A stretch of DNA of 56,362 nucleotides, filler included, from Sphacelaria rigidula (GCA_964200075.2; 6 parts of 6 records of this genome joined end to end with filler, not necessarily neighbours in it); one strand, 5' to 3'; counted from the first letter of the whole stretch, positions 26,198-38,631 are shown. Made by a program: numbers and translations. The notes: generated from the letters alone by a model not told the origin.

Positions 26198-26885
26198 ATG
26201 TGTGTGTGTGTGTGTGTGTTGTCCCATCTGTTCTGGACGCCAGTCTACATATAACAACGTTCTCGTGATATTGAGAGTAGAGCGCTGATCGAGAGTGGCT
26301 TTGATCATTTCCTTCAACTCTTCTTCCAGTTTTACATTATCTGCGTGTTTTCTTTGCCTGTAACAATGGGGTGTGCTTGCAGCTACACGTCGATATCCTA
26401 CATGGGGATATCAAAGGCCTCAGTCGCAAGCTACTACAAAAAGCATATTGAACGTCGTTGAGGGGCATTTCGGAACTAAAATGTTTTTTTCACTAATTGA
26501 CCGCTTTTCATTCCATAATATCGTATCCTCCACTGTCAATCTCACGAAAACATTGTTATACGGCGGTATATATATATATGTGGGCGCATCAGCCGGGGTC
26601 ACACAGGAGGAGGGTGTACCAAGCGTCGACAAACGAGTGTTTTCTTCTTCATTTTTTTCAGTACCCCACCTTCCTTCTGCGGTGCTTGCATATTATTTTT
26701 ATCGCGAGTGGGGTCCAGCAGTCCATTTCCCTCGTCGAATTTTGAGTACCGACAACATAGTTGCTCTACACTATGGCTGTAGGGCATGGTGTGTGAAGAA
26801 ATCCCAAATCGCTCCGGGAATTGAACCCACGACCCAACCGTCCGAGGGTGTCGAGGTTACCACCTGAGCCACTGGAGCAACCGGT
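26165..26885 (-). mobile_element. SINE family 1, full-length, split by a MITE
   Basis: (TG)n tail and 3' body at 26165-26249, remainder and tRNA head at 26561-26885. Confidence 0.85.
26252..26558. mobile_element. Tc1/mariner-like MITE inside the SINE
   Basis: About 31-bp imperfect TIR (taacaacgttctcgtgatattgagagtagag / ctccactgtcaatctcacgaaaacattgtta), TA on both flanks. Confidence 0.8.
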
Positions 26886-26988
26886 ATCTCGCGTGCAAAA
26901 TAGACGTATGACAAGAGCATCTCAGAATTCCTGTCGAAAACTGCCTCTTATTAGGCCCTTCTCCGTCGATTTACGCCCGAAAAGAGGG

Positions 26989-27399
26989 CTAGAACACGAG
27001 ATCTTACAAATTGGGGATGGATCTTTTATTGGGGATGAGAAACCCGGAGAATTAAAATCTTCATCTTCGTATCCACAACAAATCTTCGAAATATGGTTCC
27101 ATTTCTTCACCAACTGATGATAGCTATTGACAACTGCTGCAACAGTGTCCGAACGGACGCTAAAATGGTCCCGAAATTGGTTTGTTACCTACCAAGGACC
27201 TCAACATTTCGGTGATCGAAAGCCAAATTTCCTTTGGCTTGTAGCACTTGTCAATAGCTATCAGTGGGTGAAGAAATGGAACCATATTTCGAAGATGTGG
27301 TGTCGATACAACAGGTCGATGCGAAAATTTGAATTCTCCGGGTTTCTCCTCCCCAATAATAAAAGATCCATCCCCAATTTATAAGATCCCGTGTTCTAG
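26989..27399. mobile_element. Foldback element with ~150-bp inverted arms
   Basis: ctagaacacgagatctta...gatagctattgacaa mirrored by ttgtcaatagctatc...taagatcccgtgttctag. Related fragment at 37643-37685. Confidence 0.88.
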
Positions 27400-27440
27400 G
27401 CAGATGTTGACGCCTTCGAATGACTTGCTCTTCTACTGCT

Positions 27441-27668
27441 CGTTGAGACCGTTCAAGGGCAACTCTGCACTTCCCGCTGGCCGCACTTTTGTTTTTGACC
27501 TAATCAGGCCAAACACGGCTTTTCAGTAAAAAACGGACGGGTGATCAAAATCTTCCTCACGGTGCTTTGATCGCTTGGCCGTTTTCATTGAAAAGCCGTG
27601 TTCGGCCAAAAATAAAAGGAGCGGTTAGCGAGAAATAATACGAAGTTATCATGGAACGGTCTCAATGC
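27441..27668. mobile_element. MITE with TTGAGACCGTTC termini
   Basis: cgttgagaccgttc / gaacggtctcaatg. A similar left end recurs at ~34829. Confidence 0.65.
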
Positions 27669-27844
27669 GCAAAAAGTATATCCCCACCTATACATGTGAA
27701 TCCTTATTATTTCTTATTTCCACCATGATATTTTATCATGATCGATTCCGCGTTGTTGTTGTTTTTTTATTCGGGAGCTCACATTTTTTTAATCGGCTGC
27801 CCTTTACGAGCTGGGCCAGCCTAGAGGCTGCATGAAAGTTTGCA

Positions 27845-28090
27845 GGCGGATGCGCCGGGCAATATTTGGAGGTAGACCTTGAAATTCGGTATGGATAATG
27901 CACAGGGCATGATAAAATATCGGGAAGAAGCACAGGGCGTTTTGCTGAAACTTGAAAACTGATTATTGCCCTTAACTCACGAAAAAAAAAAAACTTGATG
28001 TGCTTCTTCCCGATTTTTTAATTATTCTCCATGCATTGTCCATACCAAATTTCAGGGTCCAACTCTAAATACTGCACGGCGCATTCGCCT
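27845..28090. repeat. Imperfect inverted repeat, ~90-bp arms
   Basis: 27845-27935 versus 27999-28090 (atcgggaagaagcaca / tgtgcttcttcccgat). Confidence 0.8.
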
Positions 28091-28232
28091 TTTAAGAATC
28101 GGATCGGTAGAAATTCGGAACAGTATTTCGCANNNNNNNNNNNNNNNNNNNNNNNNNNNNNNNNNNNNNNNNNNNNTTAATTAATTAANNNNNNNNNNNN
28201 NNNNNNNNNNNNNNNNNNNNNNNNNNNNNNNN

Positions 28233-28320
28233 AAGAAAAACCACCCAACGCGTCGGGAATCAAACCCCCGTTCTCTCCACCCTAATGGCGACAGTCGGAC
28301 CATTACACCATCGGGCCCCG
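28233..28320 (-). mobile_element. tRNA-like head of SINE family 2 (cut by contig end)
   Basis: Box A TGGTGTAATGG and box B GGTTTGATTCC on the minus strand. Resembles 56225-56310. Confidence 0.65.
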
Positions 28321-28593
28321 CGGGGGCCATTACTGTACCCTGACAAGCAACGTGGGACACCCATCACAACTGTCATCCTCGTCACAACGGACCAGCCACT
28401 AAGTAGAAACGCTTGATGTCGCAGACAGGAGACTTCTCTCCCGCCGCCACCGTATCAGCGTTCACTTGCTTGTGTTCCGTGAAAGTCAACTCGGTGCGCA
28501 CAAGGCATTGCCCTGTATACACTTCCCCGTTATTGCCAGCCTCGTGCATGTCCAGCTTGCTAGAAGACCACGCGATGTGAACATTGAACATTT

Positions 28594-28855
28594 CAAGGGT
28601 CGGACGAATCAATGATTCGTCTGGCAAAATTACTTGATTTTAGTGTGGTTTGTTCGTACCGTACGAATCAATCCTTGGGCTTTGTTTTCAGCGTTGCAAC
28701 CCAGGTACGCGCAGCCCAGGCACGTGGAATGGCGCAAAAAATGCATGGAGACCTTGTTCACCAACGGTCACTTTTTTTTCCTTTTTATTACGCGATCAGG
28801 CCTGAAAAATCGTGGATTTGGTGATTCGGATCGGCGATGATTCGTCCAAACCGTG
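28594..28855 (+). mobile_element. hAT-type MITE, second copy
   Basis: TIR caagggtcggacgaatca / tgattcgtccaaaccgtg, 8-bp TSD GAACATTT / GAACATAT. Confidence 0.9.
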
Positions 28856-29069
28856 GAACATATCGTAGTCTACCGCGCAGCAGCGGTGCTGCACCTGGCC
28901 GCACTGCCGTTCCGTTGGAGTTGGTTCATGACGTCTTCCACCATCGTTGTGGCTGACATGTTGCAAAATCGTTACCATGTGGCTTTTATTCTTTGGAAGT
29001 ACTGCCGTGCTATATGTACCGTACCGCTCTACCGTGCTGTATGACAACAATGTGACGTACGTAGTGTTC

Positions 29070-29326
29070 CGAGGGTGTGTTGGGTAAAGTATTTCCTACA
29101 TTCGGGTATCTTAAAAGATCGTACTCTCAATACCCAAAACTTGGGTCGAGTATTGAGTTGAGATCGTATTCAGCTATGGTACCGAGATATGCGGTAGGGT
29201 ATCGCGATCGTACAATACCTCACTTTACTCGACACTGTGTGTAAATTTTGGAGATTAAACGATCGCAACCCAAAATTGGAGAAAAGGTGAATCCCCGGGT
29301 ATTTCAACCTACCGAACACACATTTG
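29070..29326. mobile_element. hAT-like MITE
   Basis: Flanking direct repeat TAGTGTTC (29062-29069, 29327-29334), imperfect TIR gtgtgttgggta / taccgaacacac. Confidence 0.7.
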
Positions 29327-30079
29327 TAGTGTTCGTTATTGCACTACTGTGCTACTGTGCTGAACTGTATACTGCACTGTACTGTAGTGCCGTGTAGTGC
29401 AATGCAGTGCAAGGTCGAGTAAAAATGTACTGTCTATGCTGGAGACTCACTGCTGTGCAGTGCTGTGCTGACTGCTGACTTCTCTGTACTATCAAATTGG
29501 GTGGTTGATCGCACAGTTGGTGGGGCAACCTGCGACCAATCACTGCTAGCGATATAGTGACGTCAAGCCACGTCACGTTAGCTTCAGTCCTCAAGTTTTC
29601 AGCTTCCATCCTGAAGTTTTCGCGTCCTTATCCTGGAACAAATATCCATGTTTTTTTTCCAAAACTCTGACAAGAGCTTACCTTGGTGCTTGTGAGCGTG
29701 GGGCTGTGGATGATGAACTCTTGGGTGGACTGTCGCGCACACCACAAACATCAAACGGAGTAGAAATAGCGACGCGACAAGGGGTACCGGGATGTCAACA
29801 AAAAACGATAAAATAACGTCATTTGGGACAAATCTTGATTATTTTCTGAACGACTAATGTTCATTCGTTGGTAAAGTTGGTCAAACATGGTGTATATTCG
29901 ACCCTGAGAGCTCGCCGGGGGTGTTGCTCATGGAGGGTACGACTTTACAGACAGGATGTTCAGGACAGGAGACGTCCAACGCACGACGTGGGAGAAAATA
30001 TGCACGTATTCGCTTCACTCATCGTGCGCTTTGGATTTGATTCATTGGCTTGCCCACGGCGGGAAGTAGCCAAATAGTA

Positions 30080-30160
30080 CCCCCCTCCCCCCCTCCCTCA
30101 CCTCCCCCCTCCCTCACCTCCCCCCTCCCTCACCTCCCCCCTCCCTCACCTCCCCCCCCC
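30080..30160. repeat. C-rich minisatellite, ~16-bp unit, about 4 copies
   Basis: (ccctcacctccccc(c)t)n. Confidence 0.9.
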
Positions 30161-30169
30161 GAGACGTGA

Positions 30170-30543
30170 GACACCCAAGAGGCAGTGTGTGACCCGTGGC
30201 TGTCTCTGGGAGTGGCGATACCAGAAGATGCAGCAACTCATTCGACGCTGTCGTCCATGTGCAAGATGATCAGTATGCTTCGGGCCGAACCATTCTAGCA
30301 GGGTGCAGCTCACCCTTCATGCGAATCGCCCATCACGTCACGGTGCTTCGCGCTTGGTGATCTACTGCGAGTCCGGTCCGGCGAAAACCCGGCGTGCTAC
30401 GTACCGGCGTTGCAGGGATCCAAGGCCAACGGCCATATGACTACGGCATGCAAGATCATAAGTACTCCTCCCCCCCCCCCCGGTCTCGGAAGGGATGCGT
30501 GGTCAATGGTCAAACGACGAAGGTAAGCAGCAAATGAGTACGC
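30170..30543 (-). repeat. GTACTCAT family: long form (30170-30465) and short form (30481-30543) in tandem, separated by a C run
   Basis: Reverse-complement matches to 5802-6118 and 48401-48463. Confidence 0.85.
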
Positions 30544-30588
30544 GCCACTTCCCCCCGACAACCTTCGCGTCACTACCCCCTCTCTCAC

Positions 30589-30807
30589 CGGCTCAAACGT
30601 GGCGGTAGTCTCGAGGGCACGAACGTTGGAGCCATGTCCCAGCTCCGTTTGCACGTAGGCGCACAGAATCTGAAACGACTTGGCAAGCGGCAGCCATTTC
30701 TCCCGCTGGTCCTTGTTCGTCTGGTACTCCAGCGCCGGGATGACCATCTCCATGTGGACGTCTGTGGGTAGAACCTCGTCGATCGCGGCATATGCCCATT
30801 TTATTTC
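30589..30807 (-). CDS. ACX: Peroxisomal acyl-CoA oxidase, internal exon
   Basis: cag acceptor and gtgaga donor, 219 nt. Reads EIKWAYAAIDEVLPTDVHMEMVIPALEYQTNKDQREKWLPLAKSFQILCAYVQTELGHGSNVRALETTATFEP, containing the diagnostic QTELGHGSNV..LETTATF motif. Confidence 0.95.
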
Positions 30808-33729
30808 CTGCCGTCTCACGAGGTATGTCATGTGTTGTGATGTGACGTGAGGTTAGGTTAACAAGCTCAGGCAAGCGGGGTCAGGAGAAACGAGTAGTGC
30901 GCGAGCGATTGCGAGAGACCAAAAAAAAACATGACAGCAACAAAATTGGTAACACACGAGACAGACATACAGATATATAGACATACAGACAGGGAAGAAC
31001 AAAAGGTTACTATTGTACATCCTGGACACTAACTTACGTTGGGACAAAGTGTGGTACGTACAGAATTGAATATATATATAGATATATATATTTGTCCATT
31101 GTTGGATTCATCGTCACCAGATTCGATACTGTACGCACTACGAGTAAACGTTTTTCCAATGTCGTCTACTATTGTCCAGGGTGTCAAAAATACAAAAAAT
31201 ACAAGTGGAAAAAAAAAAATGCAAAAGAAAATAAAAAAGACCAAGGGAATATATTTATATATATATACAAACGTGGAAACGACCGTGCCATGTCATACAT
31301 ACCGCACAGAGCGTTTAGCTCGTTCTGTTGGGAGCTTCATTTTTTTTTTTCGAGTAAGATGGGCAAAATCGAATCGAACATTATCATTTACTCATTAACC
31401 TTCACCCAACCTAACTAACCAATCATCGTGACGATGAATAAAATAAATATCTCACACGTGTGCAGACATCGGAATTTTGGCAACCTCTGGCGTTCGCTCG
31501 TCCATGTGTCTCAGTGTGACCCAACAGCAAAGGTCTCTACCAATGAAACGCCTCATTGGAGGACGAATATTCTCAGAAATTTTCATAACGCAGAGCGTCC
31601 GTGTTTTTTCTCCTGCAAGGGGTTAAATCTACCCTATAACAACAACAACAACAGTAGCACAAGCAACTGATTTCCAGCACCAATGAATGTCGGCACAATC
31701 TGGCGGTGGAACACAAGTCAGTTCGCTTCGAGTTCACAAATTTTTCATGCAATAATTTTCAGCCCTTGAACATATGCAAGGGAAAATCGTCTGCATATAC
31801 AATATACTTAATTTTTTTTTCTCCTTCATGCCTTGCACGTGGTGCGCGAAACAAGCCGCCACAGTGCCCGTCTATACATATATGCATACCAATATTTTAT
31901 ACGTACATATCTACGTGCACACACACACCCTTACGCATGATTTTTTTTTTCAAGGTTTTGCAGTCAGCGGATTTAGTTTTATACAGGTGAACAAATCATG
32001 GCACACACCTCCGGGTTCGTCAGTCCCATGTTTTTGATCGTTTTGTGAAAGTGAGTCATCTTTTGAGCAGATCTTGTGTACCGTTGCGTATGGTTGTGAA
32101 ATGGTCGGTCGTCCCTGCGAGAGTGGGGCACGGAAGAGAGGGCGAAACGAGTAAATATTCAGATATTAGCCACGACATGAAAGCGCGGGTGTGTAGAGTA
32201 TGTGCGGACGGGCATGATCTATCGATCGCGGGTTTGAATACAGATCTTGTACTTTTGTTGTTGTTGTTGTTGTTATTGTCAGATTGTACACACCCATGTT
32301 GCAGCGCTATGCATTAGTGCGATTAGTGGCTGATGTTCGGTTCAGGTGGATGGATCGTGATGAGTTTTTCGTTATTCATTTTTTTATTCATTTATGTACA
32401 AAGGCAGAACAATAAGAACAATATGAAACGAAACGGAACCAAAGATAGGTCAACGAACGTTTGAAGGTGTTTTTATTTTTCGGAGTAGAATACAGATTAA
32501 ATTTCATAATCCAAGCCGGGTTGTGAGAATACCCGACGCCACGTACGAGTAGTCATCTTTCTAGTGACCCACCGTGCAACGTACGAGTGGGTCATCGCAT
32601 ACACTACAGTAGTGGGCGGTCTAACTATTTAGGGGTGTTTTGGGCATTTCTTCGCGCATTACTCTTCGATAGAAGTCGAAATTGCTAGCGTCGGTAGATC
32701 TCGGTACAATAAACAGATCATTCTCGAAACACAGTGCTCAAGTCAGTGTCAGTTGGCGTTATCGGGCGAAACGAGTAAATACCCCGTTTATCAGGAGGAT
32801 GTTATTACCCGTGAATCACATTTCTTCGGCCCTACTGCAATGGGTAAGCAGAAATTCATAAAAATAAAACGGTACATTACTTCCCAAATATAATCGGGAC
32901 AGGCTCGATCGACCGAAACTACAGAAGAGTAAGAATCTGAGCTGAAACGTGGCAGGACCCCCGATGACCGGTCAGCCCGTAAGTCACTCAATGTTGAGTA
33001 CAGATTATTTGTTTTTCTTGGAATGTGGGGCGGATACAAATCTTCAGATCCCTGATGTGATAAGCGGTGGCAAGCGGAAAGAGCCCGAGGAAATCGTCAA
33101 TTAGGAAAAAATGACAGAATGCCACAAAATGAATAGTTAGACCGCCCACCACTGCATAACAAAAAACTCGATGGGCGGAATACACATGTCGCAGATCGAC
33201 CACCTGAGTGACCTTTGCGGTGTTACGACTAGTTGGCCGTTGAGAATCCCAACAATCCGCGACCAGACTCCACATGTAGAGCAGTGGCTGTCGGGGTTAA
33301 AGGAGTATCACTAAAAGTAACTTGAACGCAGGGAAGGAGCAGAAACTATCTGTCTCACCACCGAGAGAGCGGTACGTTACTACTGTTTGTATTGTATACA
33401 CGTTGTCCCTACCGTACTGTACCGCGAACTGAACTGGACTGACTCGACTGAAGCCGCAGAGGTTGGGGGTTCAAATTCACTGTTGTCTAAAAACGGGCGC
33501 TGTACGTTGTGCAGCTGCTCTGCGTGTAGCAGTGGCTACATACAGTATGGGCACTGCACGCACAGTTTCTCTCATGAAACTGTCTTCTCTGTACGCTGCA
33601 CCGAGCTGCACGCTACAATCCATCACAATATGCCTTACACTCCGTGCCGCGCTATTGCCCCACGCTTGACATTTCAAACAAAGGGGGTAGGGGGGGCAGG
33701 AGAAAAAAAATAATGTTTGATACCGCTGG

Positions 33730-33900
33730 TAACCTCATACCGCGCCTCTTCAAGTGCACGGCGTCATGTAAAACTGTATTTTATTTATATTATATTACAT
33801 TATATATTATACTGAAGTATATATTTACTTGTCGCATTTTAACCCTGCCCTTCCTCGGGACGAGTCCGTGGTATCAAGGGATCAACCCATCTCTCCCCGG
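33730..33900 (-). mobile_element. SINE family 2 body fragment
   Basis: ccttcctcgggacgagtccgtggtatcaagggatcaaccc shared with ~40105, ~43843 and ~56022. Left boundary approximate. Confidence 0.65.
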
Positions 33901-33926
33901 TTTGCTATAGAGAAAATTGATTACAT

Positions 33927-34295
33927 TGTGTGTGTGTGTTGTCGTCCCATCTATTCTGGACGCCGGTCTACACCTTTCAGTGTATGAGGACGCACCAGCC
34001 GGGGTAACACAGAAGGAAGGTCAACACAGGAGTTTCATCTTTTTTTTGTTTGTTTTTAGTACCCCACCTTCCTTCTGCGGTGCTTGCCGTTAATATTTTA
34101 TCGCGAGAGGGGTTCAGCGGTCCCCTTCCCTCGTCGACCGTTACTAAGTCGAATTTTGTGTACCCACGACATAGTCGCTCTCCACTGTTGGGCATGGTGT
34201 GAGAAAAAATCCCAGATCGCTCCGAAATTTGAACCCACCCACGACCCAACCCTCAGAAGGTTTCGAGGTTACCAACTTAGCCACCGGGGCGACCG
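33927..34295 (-). mobile_element. SINE family 1, full-length, in the ACX intron
   Basis: Reverse complement of 3192-3580 including tRNA head and TG tail. Confidence 0.9.
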
Positions 34296-35494
34296 TCATT
34301 ACGACTGAATTTATATATTCACGTATACAGTATATTTATGGGCGAAACTCTGGCAATTTCATATGCGCTGTCACACGGGTGTGCACCGACTACAACAGAG
34401 GTGCCCATAATACAGTGGGAAGATACCACCCACACTCCGACACCCAAACATCATCCCTTTCAGCGCCTGACGGCACGGGGCTTCTTCTCTTGTACAAAAG
34501 CCTACGCGAACAAAACGTCGCCCGCACATCTCGCACGTGACAGTACAGTATACTTGAGTGTACACGGGCCGCGACCAGCATCATTGCCGTCCTACAATTC
34601 GAAGCCTGCTTGAATGTGTTTGTACGGGCGTTCAACGGTGTCGGACTTTGTTTTTATCGGCTCTCCTTTTTTCTGTTTGCATTTCTCAGCGTCTCTTCGA
34701 TTGATTAGGCCGCCCCTAATGGGAAAAAAATAGAAACTGTAACAATGTTTCTCTAGCCTTTCTTCGTCGTTCTACGCCGTAAAAGAGAGCTAGGCGGAGC
34801 TTAAAACCTTGCAACCAGGTGCTCTACTCGTTGAGACCGTTCCAGGACATTTTCGCGTTTTCCGGTGACCGCAGCTTTTCCTTTCTGCCATACTTGCATT
34901 TTTGTCCAAGAAGAGTCAAGAACGGTCAAATTTACGTGAGAATGTGATTCTCCTCAGGATTTGACCGTCTCACGACAAATACGCGAGTTTGGCCCAAAAC
35001 AAAATCTGCGGCCAGCGGAGAACGGAAAGATGTACTGGAACCGTCTCCAAGAGTAGATCAAGTAATTCCGAGGTGTCAGACTCCGCCTAGCGCTCTTCCA
35101 GATCGTAAAATGACGAAGGAGGACCAAAAAAGCATTTTTACAGAATACTTTTTTGTTTGCTACCAGGAGCGGTCTTAGAACCCATGGTCTTTTCAACAGT
35201 TGCTGCTTGCCCCCATGCGGCCGATCGGCTGCAGAAGAAAAACATCGGTCCGAAATGGCCGTATATGTTAGACACCTTTTACCCCTTTTCTAACGGCCGA
35301 AACACGTGGGAATTAAAAAATATCCTCACCATTATTGGAACATGATGCTAGAAAGTAGGGAAAAAACTTCTCAGAAAATTCCTCAGAAAAAGCCAAAACT
35401 CGGTATTTTCTGACTCATTCCTGTATAGAAATCAAAACATCATTCTTGCTGATAAGCATCGTCTGTATTGTATCTTTAAAATAAACCCGACTTT

Positions 35495-35682
35495 TGTAAG
35501 AAAAAAAAGAAAGGCAAGCACCGCAGGAGGAAGGTGGAGAATTAAAACAAACAAAAAATAAAACAACAACTCCTGTGTTGGCCTTCCTCCTGTGTGACCC
35601 CGGCTGGTGCGCCCACGTATACCGAAAGGTGGAGACCGGCGTCTAGAACAGATGGGACGGCAACACACACACTCACACACAA
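35495..35682 (+). mobile_element. SINE family 1, 5'-truncated
   Basis: gcaagcaccgcagg...ctcctgtgttggccttcctcctgtgtgaccccggctg...(CA)n. Confidence 0.85.
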
Positions 35683-36108
35683 ATTGTACAGCATCGTCAC
35701 TGAAAGCTTTATCCCCAAAGGACGAGTTACCCATAAGCCAGTAGACTTACGGGACAGAGGAAGTGGGATTGTAGCCGCGATCGCTCCAACAGTACGCAGA
35801 ACATGCATCTACTCAGCGCAAACAAGTACTTGTAGTGAAACAGCTGGATGGCCGCGGCGTGCTTGGTGAGAGGTGTACGCACCGCAGGCGGCGCGGTGCA
35901 TGTGGGTCGGGTTTGCGGTTGGGTAACGTGCCTTGATTTTGAGCCTGAGAGTTAAGGAAGTTTCTCCGTCGCCCCCGAAAAACAATCCATCGGGACGCAA
36001 CACACGTTGACACACACGCGGGCAACACGCATATGTGAAGGCGGCAGTGGGCTTTTATCATTTCCCCCATAATCCTCTGCTCCGAAAACTCGACGAGTTT
36101 GCCCCGAT

Positions 36109-36371
36109 CCGGCGCAAATAAGCAGTGGTTGACGCATACCTTATACTTTGTTCTTGCCAAACCATGACACCAAACCTAACCCCACCCCCACCCCCAGCCT
36201 AAGGCAAACCGAGAACCTTTGGGCAACGGAACAATGTAAGTGTCCAGGCTGAGTGCGCTTTATATAGGCACCGATTTGAGGCAAAACGCGTGCGCACGCT
36301 TGGCGCACGCCGGGCGAGGGTTCAGGTCTATGAGCCCCAAGTATGCATTCAACCATCGCTTATTTGCGCCG
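36109..36371. mobile_element. MITE with ~30-bp TIR and internal telomere-like tract
   Basis: cggcgcaaataagcagtggttgacgcatac / gtatgcattcaaccatcgcttatttgcgccg, internal cctaaccccacccccacccccagccta. Confidence 0.8.
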
Positions 36372-36627
36372 ACGGGGGTGACCTCTGCGGGGACTGCTGA
36401 CACTGACCCTCTGTCCACCAGGGCGGGCTACACGTTGAGTAGGCCTCTTTTTCCTCGAAGAGGGATTCAAGACCCAGATGACCTACCCTGGCGGTGAAAC
36501 CTTTCGACCTCCAGAGGGGCGGCGGCTCATACCTTGCATCGGCATCGTTTCCTCTTGGGAGAAATGAATGCAAGAGGCAGATGACCCACCCTAGAGGTCA
36601 AGGGTTGCGTGTGTTGACGCCCGTCAC

Positions 36628-36776
36628 CTGTTAAACATCGGATCCGCCTCGATTGAAGCCTGTATTTCTCGCATGCGCTCGAACTTGGTCCTCCCTTCGC
36701 GGAGCATATAGGCCAGTTGCAGTGGCCGAACAGATGAGCCGGCTCTCTCCTTCACCAAGAGAGGGTGGTGTGGGGC
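36628..36776 (-). CDS. ACX: Acyl-CoA oxidase, N-terminal exon
   Basis: ttccag acceptor and gtgacg donor, 149 nt. Reads APHHPLLVKERAGSSVRPLQLAYMLREGRTKFERMREIQASIEADPMFN, fitting the ACOX N-terminal L..ER..S.....L...L.G......R......DP.F pattern. Same contig and strand as the 30589-30807 exon, upstream of it. Confidence 0.85.
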
Positions 36777-38235
36777 CTGGAAGGGCGAGGTGGAGAGCAA
36801 ATGCATTGATCGAAATATGACCGTGCGCAATACAGCACGGCACTGCACCACAAGTTACGCGTGAAGCACACGTGATGGAGAAGTTGGGCAAACTGAAGAT
36901 GTACCGGGACAGAATTTACACAATTAAATTAGCGGGCGAGGCCCGCATCACAAGCCAGATCTCCTACATACATCAAGGGTAACCCAAAGTGAATCGAAAG
37001 AAGCGCGATTATGGCCGAGCGTTCAAACTCAGCACTCGCCAAAAATTGAGAACCCGTCCAAAACCAGGCGGACGACTATTTAAAACGTGAGACATGTCCT
37101 GTTTCACTACTGTACCGCAGTACAAGCACCCTCAAGCCCTCTTTCACTGCCTGCGCTGTTGTGGTGTGTTTACGCATTGCAACTACGGTTTGGATTGCAT
37201 GAGAGCTACGATATTGTCGTTGTGTTCGTCTCTGCAAAAAACACTGTGAGTCGGCACGCAGCGCTGGCTGCACACTGTAGAACACTTCATGGTGTGTTGG
37301 ATGTTTTCGTCTTGCGTAAAACGAACGACGTGCTGTCCGTTGCTGCGACACTGCTGCTGTGCGTTGGGGCCATGTACTGTACTACAGGTTGTGTTCAATC
37401 TACTGTTCTGTATCATCTTTACTGTGTTGCGTTGGAAGATGCCATGAGATTAGACAGCACGATCTCTAGGTTTTAGAGTACTCCACACCTTGGACAGTAC
37501 ATCGTCAATAGTTGCAATAGACAATAAACGTACTGCATAAAGNNNNNNNNNNNNNNNNNNNNNNNNNNNNNNNNNNNNNNNNNNNNTTAATTAATTAANN
37601 NNNNNNNNNNNNNNNNNNNNNNNNNNNNNNNNNNNNNNNNNNTCCTCCGGGTTCTCATCCTCAATCAAAAGCACCATCCTCAACATGGATGATTGGCTGT
37701 TTTAAGCATATTCATCGCGTAAATATCGTTCCTCGTCATGAATGCTTGTATTTTGCCACTTGTGACTACCCTCGTGCAAACTAGCAGTTGCCCAGCAGCC
37801 GTTCATCACATATTCACCAGTGATCATTCCGGTGGTACTTCCTTGTGTATGTGCGTCGCGTCGTCGATGGCTGTTTTTCTATTTTCTTCCAACTGACTTC
37901 TCAAGGGACTTTATTTTTGTTCATTTGTTCCCTTTTTTCTTGCCTTCTCTGTTCTTTCTATGTTCTCTGCTTCAAAGCTCACGATTCTCCACCATGTTGT
38001 GGCTTCGGCGATGAAATCAAAACAAAAGAGGCCGATAGGGACCCACGTGTGTGGCAACACATCTCAATATTCTTTACCTGCGGAAGAATTCAGCGCTTCG
38101 TGCCGACACTTTACTGCCTGACGTTACAGAGTATATATTATCACGAAGGGCATCGTAAATGCCGAACCTCAGTAGTCGCTACAAACGAGACGTCCGCCCT
38201 CCCGCAGCAGACACTGTTCACCCAAAGATCGCGAC

Positions 38236-38375
38236 GACATATTTCGTACCTTGACAAGATACTATATTTCTCGACTAGATATTTCGTATCTCCACGATAT
38301 ATTTCGTGTGTCGACAGGATATTTCGTACCCGACGAGAGGTGCCGTATCTCGACGAGAGGTATCATATCTGGACG
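38236..38375 (+). repeat. Degenerate ~20-bp tandem repeat, about 7 units
   Basis: Consensus approximately atatttcgtatctcgacgag. Confidence 0.8.
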
Positions 38376-38631
38376 GAGTTCGACCGACATCAGTTCCAGT
38401 GGCGTAGCCGTGGCATTCCATAGGGAGGTTGAGGTGAGATCATTGAATCGTCCCGAGTGATGTACTCCGTAGCCCACAGCATATCCCCTGACCCCGTCGA
38501 CGCTTGCTCGACCTTACGCTACCCCTGGATTGTTGTACTACGTGTGTGATCTCCAAGGAAAATCGCCGTTCTCTCACGTGCGGCCGATGGTGTTCAAGTG
38601 CCAAGCGATCATCAGCCCGGAATCCGTCATT

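Noticed and set aside
33838..33900. piggyBac end (TTAACCCT...)
   Set aside because: The same motif is internal to SINE family 2 at ~56008-56085 and has no partner TIR.
34371..34565. Missing ACX exon (FCTREEAPCRQALKG)
   Set aside because: Only superficial similarity, and I found no splice sites giving the required phase.
10596..36776. Single gene or cluster joining the ACX exons and the glycosyltransferase exon
   Set aside because: They lie on different contigs separated by artificial linkers.
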